Assembly (NCBI GenBank): GCA_963750165.1
Contig: CAVVPN010000011.1
Coordinates: 448,001-512,000 of the forward strand
Direction of reading: 5' to 3'
DNA length: 64,000 nucleotides
Source of the DNA: an uncultured Gemmataceae bacterium
GTDB taxonomy: Bacteria; Planctomycetota; Planctomycetia; Gemmatales; Gemmataceae
Part shown: positions 1 to 9,637 of the stretch, in pieces
Numbering within the stretch: the first letter of the stretch is position 1
Layout of the letters: every line of letters begins with the position of its first letter
Position numbers and translations under genes: made by a program
The notes under the pieces: generated by a model
Seen by the model: the letters and a program-made list of their open reading frames with translations, nothing else
Databases searched by the model: none
Told to the model about the DNA's origin: nothing

Positions 1-22
1 CGCCAGCGGCAGGGGCCTGGTA

Positions 23-52
23 ACTAATGACTAATGACTAATGACTAATGAC
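23..52. repeat. Heptamer tandem repeat (ACTAATG)x4
   Basis: actaatgactaatgactaatgactaatgac lies just past the stop codon of the 55..237 ORF. Confidence 0.85.
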
Positions 53-54
53 GA

Positions 55-237
55 TTAGTAATGACACGGCACCGACTTGATGGCGGAGATAACCTCCTCG
101 TCGGTGACCTCGTCGGCAGTGCCGGCGAAGGTCGTGGTGCGCCGGTCCATGAGGATGGCGCGGTCGCTCTCGGCGTTGCCGCGCAAGGCGCTGATGAGCT
201 GGCGGCGCTCCACGTCGTTGAGGGGACGAAAATCCAT
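55..237 (-). CDS. Small hypothetical protein (60 aa)
   Basis: ATG at 237 preceded by GGAAGGGAG; follows the JAB gene on the same strand. Confidence 0.6.
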   Translation of the reverse strand: MDFRPLNDVERRQLISALRGNAESDRAILMDRRTTTFAGTADEVTDEEVISAIKSVPCHY

Positions 238-283
238 GGCCTTGCTCCCTTCCAAGAAAAAAGAAACCAGACAACCGAAACCG

Positions 284-1246
284 CTAACTCTGTCCCGCGA
301 GTTCCGCGAGCAGCAGGTACACGCCACGATCCAACCGCTCCTGTTCAGGGTCCACGCTCAGTAAATCATCTCCCCGCAGCAGGAAATAGGCAACCCCCTT
401 CTTGTCGAGCATCAGCCGCAGCTGCTCGCCCGGCGCGGCCAGGGGAAACGTCACGGACAGCGCTGGACCGCTCGGCCCCGCCACCACGTCGAAGACCACG
501 CGGGCCTGTTGCCGACACAGCCGGTCCAGTTGCTCCGCATACGTTTCCAGCACCGGCCACAACACATGCAACGGCCGTGCCAGATCCGGCCCCAATGTCA
601 GCGTCACACCCAACGGACGGTAATGGCGGTCGCCGTCGCCCAGGCCGTACCACGAAAAACATAGCTCGCCCAGGCACTGCATGTGCGGCTGCGGCTGATG
701 GGCGACCGTGGCATCACCGCGCGGCGGTTTGACATCGGCGGTGCCGATGCCGAACACGCCCTCCCCGCCCCGCAGCCGGCCGATCCATTGACTGTCGCCG
801 TGGTAGTCGCCGTCGCTGGGGTGGCGCAGGCTGCCGGGGTGCGTGTGGACCACGCCGAGCATGGTCAGCCGGCGGTCCCACTGACGGACGACGCGGCTGG
901 CCAGGGCCTGGCCGTCGCTGTTGAAGCGGACGTGGGCGACTCCCGCGTTGCGACCGGCGCCGGCCGGCAGCGTCGCCAGCACCACCGCCTCGTGGAGGTC
1001 GCGGACGCCGAGAAGCACCCAGCCGGTTTCCTCGTCGCCGCGCTGGCCAGTGCGGTGGGCAGTGAATTCGTCAAAGAGCGTCCGCGACACCTCATCGGTC
1101 AGGATGACGCGGTCGAGCCGTTCATACTTCCGCGGCCCAGTGGGCGGGGCCTCCAGCACCTCCGGGGCGGGAAGGCGATTGCGATACCACGCCCGGTACA
1201 GGTCGTTCAGCAGTCGGCTGGTGGTGCTGACCAGGGCTTGCAACAT
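284..1246 (-). CDS. JAB/MPN (Mov34) domain metallopeptidase
   Basis: EETGWVLLG plus JAMM motif HTHPGSLRHPSDGD. Confidence 0.85.
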   Translation of the reverse strand: MLQALVSTTSRLLNDLYRAWYRNRLPAPEVLEAPPTGPRKYERLDRVILTDEVSRTLFDEFTAHRTGQRGDEETGWVLLGVRDLHEAVVLATLPAGAGRNAGVAHVRFNSDGQALASRVVRQWDRRLTMLGVVHTHPGSLRHPSDGDYHGDSQWIGRLRGGEGVFGIGTADVKPPRGDATVAHQPQPHMQCLGELCFSWYGLGDGDRHYRPLGVTLTLGPDLARPLHVLWPVLETYAEQLDRLCRQQARVVFDVVAGPSGPALSVTFPLAAPGEQLRLMLDKKGVAYFLLRGDDLLSVDPEQERLDRGVYLLLAELAGQS

Positions 1247-1611
1247 GCGCCTTGGCGTCTCCCAACGGAAGGCGAGCCACGGAGGGGCGGCCCAGAGAAC
1301 TGACAAGGGTGGCCCGTGGCCGGGCTCGACTTCCGTGCCGACAGCGTTCCCATCGCCACCTCATCATAGCGACGGGGGAAAGTGGTGTCAAAGACCAGTT
1401 CCCCCCGAGCGTGTCGTGTCGCGCCCGCGGGGGAGTTTCCGCGCCCTGCCGACCTGGGAGACCACGGGCCGTTTGTTGTAAAATACCATCATCCGGCGGC
1501 CGATTTTTCAACCCCCGGAAGACATTCTACGATACTGAAGAGGAAAAAAGCGCGGATTCGGCAGGGAACCACACGGCGGAGGGAACCGCGTCGCGCCTGA
1601 GGAGGTTTTTC

Positions 1612-1977
1612 ATGGTGCTGACCCAACCCCACCAGACCGTTGAGGACGAGGCCACGTTCGTCGGCCTGGTGACGTTGCTGCCCGGCCCGGATCGCAAGCG
1701 GCAGCCGAAGTCATATTTATATCGGTTGATCTATCGCAACCCGGTGCCGGGCGGTGTCGGCTGCGTCTCGACGTGGGAGGTCGAGGGCGGCCGTCTGGTG
1801 TACCAGGTGTCCCTGGAGCGGCAGGAGACGGGCCAGTTGCGCTGGCACTGCAGTTGCGCCGACGCCATCTATCGCGGTGAGGACGAGGGCCGGCCGTGCA
1901 AGCATGTGATCGGCATCATGAAGGCCAGCGCCGAGGTGCCGACGTGGGCTGGCCAGGACGTGCGGCGCACGGCGTGA
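1612..1977 (+). CDS. SWIM zinc-finger protein
   Basis: WHCSC...PCKH motif; GGAGG RBS before ATG 1612. Confidence 0.75.
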   Translation: MVLTQPHQTVEDEATFVGLVTLLPGPDRKRQPKSYLYRLIYRNPVPGGVGCVSTWEVEGGRLVYQVSLERQETGQLRWHCSCADAIYRGEDEGRPCKHVIGIMKASAEVPTWAGQDVRRTA

Positions 1978-2097
1978 GCGGCGGGTTGTTCTGAGGAAGG
2001 AAAGGAGGAGAACGATGGCGACGAGGCAACCACGGTGCAGCCTGGAAGAGGCCGACCGGCGCGGCACCGCGCGGTACGAGCAGAAGGGCCGTCTCCC

Positions 2098-3071
2098 CTA
2101 CGCACTCCGCCGCAGCGGTTCGCCAACCCGGCCCGCCACTGCCCCTTCCTCCGCCTTCTCCCCCATGTACCGCCGCAACCGCAACTCCTGGTCAATCTCC
2201 TGCAAGCGCGGCACCAGGCCGCGGCCGTTGGCGATCTGGATGGCCAGCCCCGGCCGTGCGTTCGCCTCCAGCAGCATTGGCCCGTCCGCCTCATCGACGA
2301 CGATGTCAACGCCGACGTAGCCCAGGCCCACCGCCCGCGCCACCCGCCGCGACATCTCCAGCACCTGCTCCCAGTACGGCACCTGCATACCGACCACCGG
2401 CACGCCCGTGTCAGGGTGCTTCTCCACGAAATGGTTCTTGCGCACCGCGTGACAGGTGACGCCCGTGGCCAGATCGACGCCGGCGCCGATGCCGCCCTGG
2501 TGCAGGTTCGCGCGACCGCCAGACTCCTTCGTCGGCAGCCGCAGCATCGCCATCGCCGGTTCGTTGCGGTACAGGATGACGCGGATGTCCGGGATGCCCT
2601 TGAAGCTGATCGGCGTGAACGCCGCGTGCAACCGCACCCGCTGCTGCACAATCGCCTGGTCCGCATGGCCGCCCAGCGAATACATCCCCGAGAGGATGTC
2701 GGACAAATGCTGTCGCAATTCCTCCAGTTTCATCAACTCGCCGTTGTGGCGGACGTAGCGGCGGCCGTCGCGGCGCAGCACAACCAGGACGCCGCGGCCG
2801 GCGGAGCCGTGGTTCGGCTTCACCACAAAATCGCCGCGGCCGCCGAGGATGTCCGACAGCCGGCCGAGTTCGGAGTGGTAGCGCACCGCGGCGTAGACGC
2901 GCGGCGTCGGCACGCCGATCTGCTCGCACAGATCGCGCATGCGCAGCTTGTCGTCCACGATGGGGTACAGGCGCGCGGGTTGTGATCGAGGATGCAGGCG
3001 GCGTTGCGGCAGTTCATGCCGAGAATGCCGAGTTCGCGCAGGCGGCGGGCGGCGCGGAACAACCAGAGCAT
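2098..3071 (-). CDS. Alpha-L-glutamate ligase-like ATP-grasp protein (RimK-related), frameshift near 2975
   Basis: GILGMNCRN, VDDKL, VVKPNHGSAGRG, ANLHQGGIGAGVD, LEANARPGLAIQIAN across two frames. Confidence 0.9.
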
Positions 3072-3095
3072 GGGCTTCTCCAATAAAGAGAGGAG

Positions 3096-3176
3096 GATCC
3101 ACAGATGACACAGATAACACAGATAAAGACAAACCAATTCTGTCTTTATCTGTGCTATCTGTGTCATCTGTGGATC
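3096..3176. repeat. Hairpin of 9-nt-periodic CACAGA units, 36-bp arms
   Basis: gatccacagatgacacagataacacagataaagaca and its reverse complement, 1 mismatch. Confidence 0.9.
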
Positions 3177-3177
3177 G

Positions 3178-4845
3178 TTATTTTGCCGTCACCGCCTCGT
3201 CGTTGCGGACGATGTGCAGGTTCAGCGCAATGCGCTCGGCGCTGACGTGCGGCGGCGGCGGCTTCAGGAAGTCGCGGAAGCGGAGCAGTTCGGACAGCCG
3301 GTAGCCGGTATAGCGGCCGATCAGCAGCATGCCCGCCATGGCCAACCCCAGCGTTTCGGGGTAGCGGAACAGATGCAGCACCAGCGCGGGGATGCTCAGC
3401 ACCAGGCTGATGGTCGCCGCGATCACCATCGTGCCGAACAGCGTCTTGAACGACGCCGCGGTGCCGTCCTCCGTCTCCAGCGTCCAGAAGCGTTCGATCA
3501 TGCCGGCGAGAATCACCATCGGAAACAGCGAGAAATAGCGCGTCACCGCCAGATCCTGGAAGTTCGCTGCCACGATGGCCATGAGCAGCACGAGCACCAC
3601 CAGCGTCAACAACAGAGCGTGCCGCGGCACCTGGAGCAGGTGGTAGCGGTCCAGCACGCGGCGCAGGCCCCAGCCGATCAGCACAATGGACACGAACACC
3701 AGGATGCCCGGCAGGCTGCGCAGGTCGCGGAACGCCAGGCCGACCAGCGCCGGCGCGAAGGTGCCGAAGCCGTGGATGCCGATGATGTTTCGGTAGACGC
3801 AGATGATGAGCGCCGCGATCGGCAGCAGCAGCAGAAACTCCGCCAGGTGGCGCTCGGCCGGCGGCAGCGCGTTCAGCGACGTGCGCATGAGGAACCCCCG
3901 CAGTCCGGACGGCTCGGCGGTTTGGCCGGGGGTGACCTTGTTCTCGACCAGGAAGGCGAAGTCGAGGTTGCGTGTCTGGTGGCCGCCGCGCACCAGCGGG
4001 AAGTCGCCGAAGCCGAAGACCAGGTACGTCGTCGGCACGCGGCCGCAGTAGCGATGGAAGGGGCACATCGGCATCCAGTAGTCGCCGACCCACGTCTCGA
4101 CCCAGACGTGGCCCTTCTGCTCGTTGCGTTTGCCGAGCGTCAGGCCGGTGACCAGACGGGCGGGAAGGCCGCGGTTGCGGCACAGCGCCACCAGCAGCCG
4201 GCTCTGCGCCGCCGCGCCGCCGCGGCGGTCGTGCAGGCACTCCACGGCACTGCGGCCGGCGGCAGTCGGGCCTGGCTCGTTGTCGATCTGCTCGTCCACC
4301 CAGCGGTACAGCGCCCGCGCCTGGTCCGTGGGCGCCGTCAACCCCTGGGTCAGTTCCATTGCCAGCTCGGTGATCTCCTCGTCGGCGGCGTCGATACGCG
4401 GCTCGCTCTGGACGTACTCGCCCGGCTTCGGCGCGGCGTACAGCGCTTCGCCCAGGCGGCGCATGGGCGAGGACGGGTGGCGCACGTCCACGCGGCAGAA
4501 GAACTCGTAGCGCGCCTGAATCGGCCCCTTCGGCGTGCCGACGCGCTGCACCCATTGCACCTGGCGGCGGTCGGACTGGCGGCCCTCGACGGCCCTGGCG
4601 ATCAGCTCCAGGCTGTCGTATTTTTCCTGGAAAATATGCTGCCGCTGGAAGTCGAGCGGGCAGGCCGTGACCAGCTTGGCGTCGCCGGTGCTCTTGCCGG
4701 TCACGACCATCGTGACCTTGTACGTGTTGGGGCCAGCGGGCGCTTGCAGGTCGTTGCCCAGCGCCTGCTGCCGCAGCAGCATCACCCCCACCGACAGCAC
4801 CGCCAGGACCGCGGCCGTCAGCACACACAGCGTCGTCCGTGACAT
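3178..4845 (-). CDS. Inactive transglutaminase-like domain fused to 7TM domain
   Basis: ALCRNRGLPARLVTG and GHVWVE transglutaminase core lacking the catalytic Cys; C-terminal FGTFAPAL, LFPMVIL, GRYTGYRLSEL; adjacent to the ATP-grasp gene. Confidence 0.85.
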   Translation of the reverse strand: MSRTTLCVLTAAVLAVLSVGVMLLRQQALGNDLQAPAGPNTYKVTMVVTGKSTGDAKLVTACPLDFQRQHIFQEKYDSLELIARAVEGRQSDRRQVQWVQRVGTPKGPIQARYEFFCRVDVRHPSSPMRRLGEALYAAPKPGEYVQSEPRIDAADEEITELAMELTQGLTAPTDQARALYRWVDEQIDNEPGPTAAGRSAVECLHDRRGGAAAQSRLLVALCRNRGLPARLVTGLTLGKRNEQKGHVWVETWVGDYWMPMCPFHRYCGRVPTTYLVFGFGDFPLVRGGHQTRNLDFAFLVENKVTPGQTAEPSGLRGFLMRTSLNALPPAERHLAEFLLLLPIAALIICVYRNIIGIHGFGTFAPALVGLAFRDLRSLPGILVFVSIVLIGWGLRRVLDRYHLLQVPRHALLLTLVVLVLLMAIVAANFQDLAVTRYFSLFPMVILAGMIERFWTLETEDGTAASFKTLFGTMVIAATISLVLSIPALVLHLFRYPETLGLAMAGMLLIGRYTGYRLSELLRFRDFLKPPPPHVSAERIALNLHIVRNDEAVTAK

Positions 4846-4883
4846 GGATGGGCCTCTCATCCGTTGGGAAAGGATCGCTCTTT

Positions 4884-4949
4884 TCGTGGGGCAGACATTC
4901 CTGTCTGCCATCGTTGAAAGGTCGGCAGACAGGAATGTCTGCCCCACGA
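4884..4949. repeat. REP-like inverted pair GTGGGGCAGACATTCCTGTCTGCC
   Basis: Two inverted 26-bp copies, each internally palindromic. Confidence 0.9.
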
Positions 4950-4957
4950 CAGGATGG

Positions 4958-6952
4958 TCAGTTCCACGCCACCTGGAAGCGCAGTTCGCCGCGTTCCCGG
5001 TCGGCGGCGCGCGGCACCGCCAGCAAATAGCCGCACCGCCGCCGGGCGTCCCACAGGAACGTCCAGTTGCGGCCCGGCAGACTGCCGCGCAGCCGCGGCG
5101 TCCGATCCGCCGGCGCCTGCGGCAAGTGAACTTCCACGAACACGAACTGCGTCAGTGCGTGCCGCTCCTCGTCGTCGGTTTCCTTGCTGCGCAGGCCCGC
5201 CAGGCGGCCGTTGGGCAGCATCGCCGTCTGATACTTGCTCGTCTTCACCTGCGGATAGTTCGACGGCAGCGTCACGGTGAGCCTCTTGCCGTCCACGACC
5301 TGCGACCGCACCGCCGGCAGCGCGTCCGCGGGCGCCGTGGCTCGCGGCAGGTGCAGCGTCGGGTCGCCCCAGAGCGTGAAGGCCCACGCGGAGCGCACGT
5401 TGGCGCCGCCCAGCTTCGCCTCGGTGCCGAGTCGCTTTTCCTTGAGCTGCGCGAACGCCAGCAGGAAATTCTTGGACTGGCGCAGCGACCCGCCCAGCGA
5501 CTGCTGCTCATACAGCAGAGCGTCGAAGAATGCCAGGGCCAGCGCTCCGCCGGAGCCGGAGTACGTCCGCGTCGAGGAGCCAATGACCGCGACGGCGCCG
5601 CACTCCAGGAACGGCTGCGCCTCCGGCGCCGCCAGGGCCATGCAGCTCTGCAGGAAGACCAGCGACGGTTGTAGCGTCTCCTTCCATTTGTGGATGCCGT
5701 ATTCGCGGGCGAGCGTGGTGTGGTGGCCCTCCCACAGAAAGATTGTCTGCTGGGGCAGCAGCCGGCGAATCGTCGCCTGGTTCACCTGACGGCCGAAGAA
5801 GGCGTTGGTTTCGTAGCCCGCGTTGCTGAACTCGCGGCTGGTGTTGCGGGCGAACATCTCCAGCAGCGGCAGGCCGCCGCCGGGATTGCTGACGATCAGC
5901 GCCTTCGGTGTTCCGGTCTGGGTGGCGAGCAGCCGCTGCCGGGCGAGCATCAGCATGACGAGGCCGCGGTCCGCGTGGAACAGCCGGCCGACGGCGAAAC
6001 TGAATGGCTCGCCGCCGCGCGGCGTCAGCGGCTCCATCTCAATGAAGCGATCCGCGCCGCCGACGACCGGGTTGGGCCGCTTCTCCACGGGGATCGCCTT
6101 CAGGTTGGCGAGCAGGATCACCGCGTCACAACCGGCCAGATCGGGGTTTTTCAGGGCGTCCTGCACGAGGGAGCGCACGTCGTCGCCAGCGTCGTTGGTC
6201 AGCAGCAGCGCGGCGCGGCGCTGCAGCGCCAGCCAGGGCGCCAGCGCCGACAGGCGGCCGTGTTTGTCGTCGGCGGGATTGGCAACCACGAACGTCTCGA
6301 TCGGTCCCTGCTTGCGTAGATGGCGGATGTGCTCGGCTTGCACGGCCTGCTCGTCCGGCAGCGGCACCACGGCCGCTTTGGTCAGGCCGAGGCAGTGCTC
6401 CGCGCCGGCGCCGACGGCCAGGATTTCTTTCGTGTGCCAGGCCAGCAGGCGGCGCTTCAGGTCAGCGCGTTCCGCCGGGGCGCCGTTGGTGACCACGAGC
6501 GGCACCCGCAGCACACCGGCCAAGCACGCGGCCTGGAGCAGCAGCCGCCGCGGTTGCGCCGGACAGACGACCGCGCGGCGGGCCAGCGGATATAGCGCGC
6601 GCTCCAGTGCCTTTGGCGGGCCGCGCTGCCAGGCGCGACGCGGCGCTGTCTTGAGGCCCAACCGCTCCTCCATGTCCGCCACCGATTCCGGGAACTCGCC
6701 GACGGGCACGAGCTGGTCGGGCTGGAACGCCTGCAGGAAGGCCCGGGTGGTTTTGGCAGCGGCGGGCGAATCGAGCAGGACGACGCCAGGATTCGGGCTG
6801 GCGGCGACGGCGGTGGTGAACGCGATCAACTCCTCGTCGGACATCTGGCCAGCGAGGAAGATGGTGCGTTCGCCGTGAGCGGCGGCCGGCGTCGGGGCGG
6901 CGAACAGACCGGCGACAACGACGAACAACGTCACGGTGGCTCGGTGGAGCAC
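4958..6952 (-). CDS. Secreted C25 (gingipain-like) cysteine peptidase domain protein
   Basis: Signal peptide; AVGRL, FLWEGH, VFLQSC His/Cys dyad, FTLWGDP. Confidence 0.7.
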   Translation of the reverse strand: MLHRATVTLFVVVAGLFAAPTPAAAHGERTIFLAGQMSDEELIAFTTAVAASPNPGVVLLDSPAAAKTTRAFLQAFQPDQLVPVGEFPESVADMEERLGLKTAPRRAWQRGPPKALERALYPLARRAVVCPAQPRRLLLQAACLAGVLRVPLVVTNGAPAERADLKRRLLAWHTKEILAVGAGAEHCLGLTKAAVVPLPDEQAVQAEHIRHLRKQGPIETFVVANPADDKHGRLSALAPWLALQRRAALLLTNDAGDDVRSLVQDALKNPDLAGCDAVILLANLKAIPVEKRPNPVVGGADRFIEMEPLTPRGGEPFSFAVGRLFHADRGLVMLMLARQRLLATQTGTPKALIVSNPGGGLPLLEMFARNTSREFSNAGYETNAFFGRQVNQATIRRLLPQQTIFLWEGHHTTLAREYGIHKWKETLQPSLVFLQSCMALAAPEAQPFLECGAVAVIGSSTRTYSGSGGALALAFFDALLYEQQSLGGSLRQSKNFLLAFAQLKEKRLGTEAKLGGANVRSAWAFTLWGDPTLHLPRATAPADALPAVRSQVVDGKRLTVTLPSNYPQVKTSKYQTAMLPNGRLAGLRSKETDDEERHALTQFVFVEVHLPQAPADRTPRLRGSLPGRNWTFLWDARRRCGYLLAVPRAADRERGELRFQVAWN

Positions 6953-7179
6953 AGTGAAGACCTCTGGTCACGATTGGCTGGCGGGGTTCCGAGGCCCGGC
7001 CGACGAAAAACGTGCGGCGAAGAAGTGCCGTCGCGCTGCGGGGGTATTAGTGCGCCAAAGCGTCGAAAGATGCTAGAGGAGCTGCCGCCGGGGTCACGGG
7101 CGGGGAGGCTGGATAGGCCGCGCAAGACGCGCGAACTGATGGGACAGCGACGGTGGCCCGGCACTGCCGCCCGTCTTTC

Positions 7180-7198
7180 TGCCGCTTGCGGCTTAGCG
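7180..7198. repeat. Single REP-like arm GCCGCTTGCGGCTTAGCG
   Basis: Identical to the left arm at 29456-29473. Confidence 0.7.
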
Positions 7199-7332
7199 CG
7201 CTCCCCCCTCCCGTGACAGAATCCGCCGTTCGGCTGCACTGCTTCAGCCACAATGACATCGACCGTTCTAGAGATGTCGGCGGGGGCTTTTCCGTAGTTC
7301 GGCGTGCCACTTGCATTCCGGCTGCGTGGCGA

Positions 7333-7382
7333 TTACTCTCCTAGCGGGCGCTGGCGCAGCGCGGCGCCCGCTAGGAGAGTAA
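7333..7382. repeat. Perfect 19-bp inverted repeat
   Basis: ttactctcctagcgggcgc ... gcgcccgctaggagagtaa. Confidence 0.85.
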
Positions 7383-7436
7383 AATCGGGAACCGCAACCC
7401 TGTTAGGCGCACGGCGCCCTAATCATCTGGTTCGGC
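7379..7436 (+). other. attI-like recombination site, copy 1
   Basis: GTAAAA-N17-GTTAGG...GCCCTAA-tcatctg-GTTCGGC; homologous to 7535-7595; upstream of the attC array. Confidence 0.5.
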
Positions 7437-7488
7437 GGGTGTCGGCATGCCCTCCCCGGGCATTTCCGATAAAAAAAGTGCGCGCTTA

Positions 7489-7517
7489 TTGACTTTCGAG
7501 ATTCGACCGGTTACGCT
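7489..7517 (+). promoter_or_regulatory. Sigma70-like promoter (candidate cassette promoter Pc)
   Basis: TTGACT-17 nt-TACGCT pointing into the array. Confidence 0.55.
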
Positions 7518-7534
7518 CCGCTCCGCTGGTGAAC

Positions 7535-7595
7535 GTAAAACCTGAAACAGTGACCTTGTTAGGGCGCACGGCGCGCCCTAATCACCTGGTTCGGG
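7535..7595 (+). other. attI-like recombination site, copy 2
   Basis: GCCCTAA-tcacctg-GTTCGGG; GTTCGGGC (7589-7596) is the exact reverse complement of the first attC R'' box GCCCGAAC. Confidence 0.6.
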
Positions 7596-7614
7596 CACAA
7601 AGGGAGGCTGGAGC

Positions 7615-8730
7615 ATGTTCAAGGAGCGTTCCATGCGAATTTCCCCGACGATGGGTCTGGCTTTGGTGCTATTGCTAACGACAGCAGTCACCGCCACAGG
7701 GGCACTGAGCGCCACCGCACCGGCACAGAAGACTGATGTCGTGGCCGAAGAAAAAGCGGCCGCCGCCATTGACAAATCGGGGGGGAAATTGTCAGAGATG
7801 AGAAACTCAATGGCGCGGTCGTGTGGGTGAGGTTCAGAATCAACTCAGGAACCGATGAGGAGTTGGCGCCCTTGCGGGCGTTTTCCAAATTACGCCAGCC
7901 TGCATCTCAGCTTCTCCAAGGTGACGGGGGCGGGACTGGTTCACCTGAAGGGGTTGACCGAATTGGAAGTGCTGGAGTTGGGGCACAGCAAGGTCTCAGA
8001 CGACGGGTTGGACTACCTCAAGGGGTTGACGAAACTGAGGTTCCTCTCCCTGTCTGGGACGCAGGTCACGGACAAGGGGTTGGAGCGGCTGAAGGGCTTG
8101 GTCGGACTGGACGGGTTAGAACTCCAGCATACGCAGGTCACGGACGAAGGGTTGGTTTACCTCAGCGGCCTGAGAAAACTTGAGAGCCTGAGTCTGTCCG
8201 GGAAGGCGGTGACAGACAAGGGGCTTGCTCGTCTGAAGCATCTGACCGCATTGCGTTGGTTATCCCTGCCGCAAACTCAGGTGACAGATGAGGGACTGGT
8301 GCACCTCCAGGACATGACCAACCTTCAGTCGTTGGACCTGGCGTTTACTCCGCTGAAAGGCAAAGGTTTGACCCACCTGAAAAAAATGGTAAAACTTGAG
8401 GGTTTGAACCTCGGTGACACGCAGGTGACGGATGAAGGGTTGATCCACCTGAAGGGATTGAAAAACTTGCGGAGGTTAAGCCTCAGCGGCACCAGGGTGA
8501 CGGACAAGGGGCTGACTCATCTCGCAGAATTGACGGCGCTTGAGAGCTTGTCGCTCGTCCTGACGAGGGTAACGGATACGGGAGTGAAGAGCCTGAAACA
8601 GGCGCTACCCGAAGTTGCGCGTCAACTGAGAAACCGTGCCGCTCGGAAAGAGGAAAAGGGTCGGGTTAAGTTTTCTGAAATGAATTGCCAGACAAGCAAG
8701 GAAACAGCCCGAACCAGGTGTTGCACGTGA
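7615..8730 (+). CDS. Secreted leucine-rich repeat protein (cassette 1), two frameshifts near 7785 and 7895
   Basis: Signal peptide followed by 24-aa LxLxxTQVTDxGLxxLxxLxxL repeats. Confidence 0.85.
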
Positions 8731-8797
8731 CGGGCCAACTGAGATCAATCGGATGCGCCCAGGTCATTCGGCCCGCGCGTGAACTGGGTTGTTCGGC
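8707..8797 (+). other. attC site 1
   Basis: GCCCGAAC...GTTCGGC ends; inner stem gttGcacgtgAcgggcc / ggcccgcgcgtgaac with two unpaired bases. Confidence 0.8.
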
Positions 8798-8838
8798 GGA
8801 TTTAAGGCGGAACTGCTGAGCACGACCGGGAGAATGCG

Positions 8839-9321
8839 ATGACAGTGAAACCCAATAGCACGAACCGTACGCCGGAGGCCCAGCTCCGGGCCTACATCGA
8901 CAAGCTTGATCCGAAGATTCAGAAGCTCTTTCGATCGGTCCGGGCTGCTGTGCGTAAGCGATTCCCGACCGCCAACGAACTGGCGTACGACTACAGTCAC
9001 GCCCTCGTCATCGGCTATTCGCCGGCGGACCGAGGGATCGATGCCATCGTGGCGATCCGCGCCTGTGCCACCGGTGTGTCTCTGTACTTCAGTCAGGGAC
9101 CTCAGCTGCCCGACCCGAAGCGGCTTCTGCGGGGATCGGGAAAGCAGACTCGCTTCATCCAGGTGGAGGCGGCCAGCCAGTTGGCACATCCAGACGTGGA
9201 AGCGCTGATCGCCGCTACGATTGATCAGGCGAGGATTCCGTTGCCATCCAGGGGAAAGGGCAGTCTCATCATCAAGTCGGATGGTGCGAAGAAGCCGCCA
9301 CGCCGGAAGCCGACGAAGTGA
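8839..9321 (+). CDS. DUF1801 (YdhG-like) protein (cassette 2)
   Basis: LFRSVRAAVRKRFP, VSLYFSQGPQLPDPKRLLRGSGKQTRFI. Confidence 0.75.
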   Translation: MTVKPNSTNRTPEAQLRAYIDKLDPKIQKLFRSVRAAVRKRFPTANELAYDYSHALVIGYSPADRGIDAIVAIRACATGVSLYFSQGPQLPDPKRLLRGSGKQTRFIQVEAASQLAHPDVEALIAATIDQARIPLPSRGKGSLIIKSDGAKKPPRRKPTK

Positions 9322-9427
9322 CGGCGGGCGTTGCTGAGGCAACGTGTCCCAGACGAGCATGGGTGGGGGTCTCGTCCGCGTGAGCGAGGTGCCGGGAAAG
9401 AAAAAGGGGTCAGGTTTATTTAATCCG

Positions 9428-9517
9428 GCCCGAACCAGTTGTTGCACGTGACGGGCCAACTGAGGTTGCAGCTGAGCATTGAGTCGAGTGGCCCGCACGT
9501 GAACTGAGTTGTTCGGC
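9428..9517 (+). other. attC site 2
   Basis: GCCCGAAC...GTTCGGC; stem gttGcacgtgAcgggcca / tggcccgcacgtgaac. Confidence 0.85.
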
Positions 9518-9637
9518 CACAGAGGCTTCACGGATGGCGGCACTCCCGAGTCACCCCCAATTGAGCAAACCGGGCGGAGGCAATGAGGGAGTTCGTCCAC
9601 GGACACGCGGTAGGTCGTTCCGGGAGATACACCCGAT

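Noticed and set aside
6931..7316. Integrase remnant upstream of the attI-like sites
   Set aside because: No tyrosine recombinase motifs (HxLRH, catalytic Tyr region) in the listed frames
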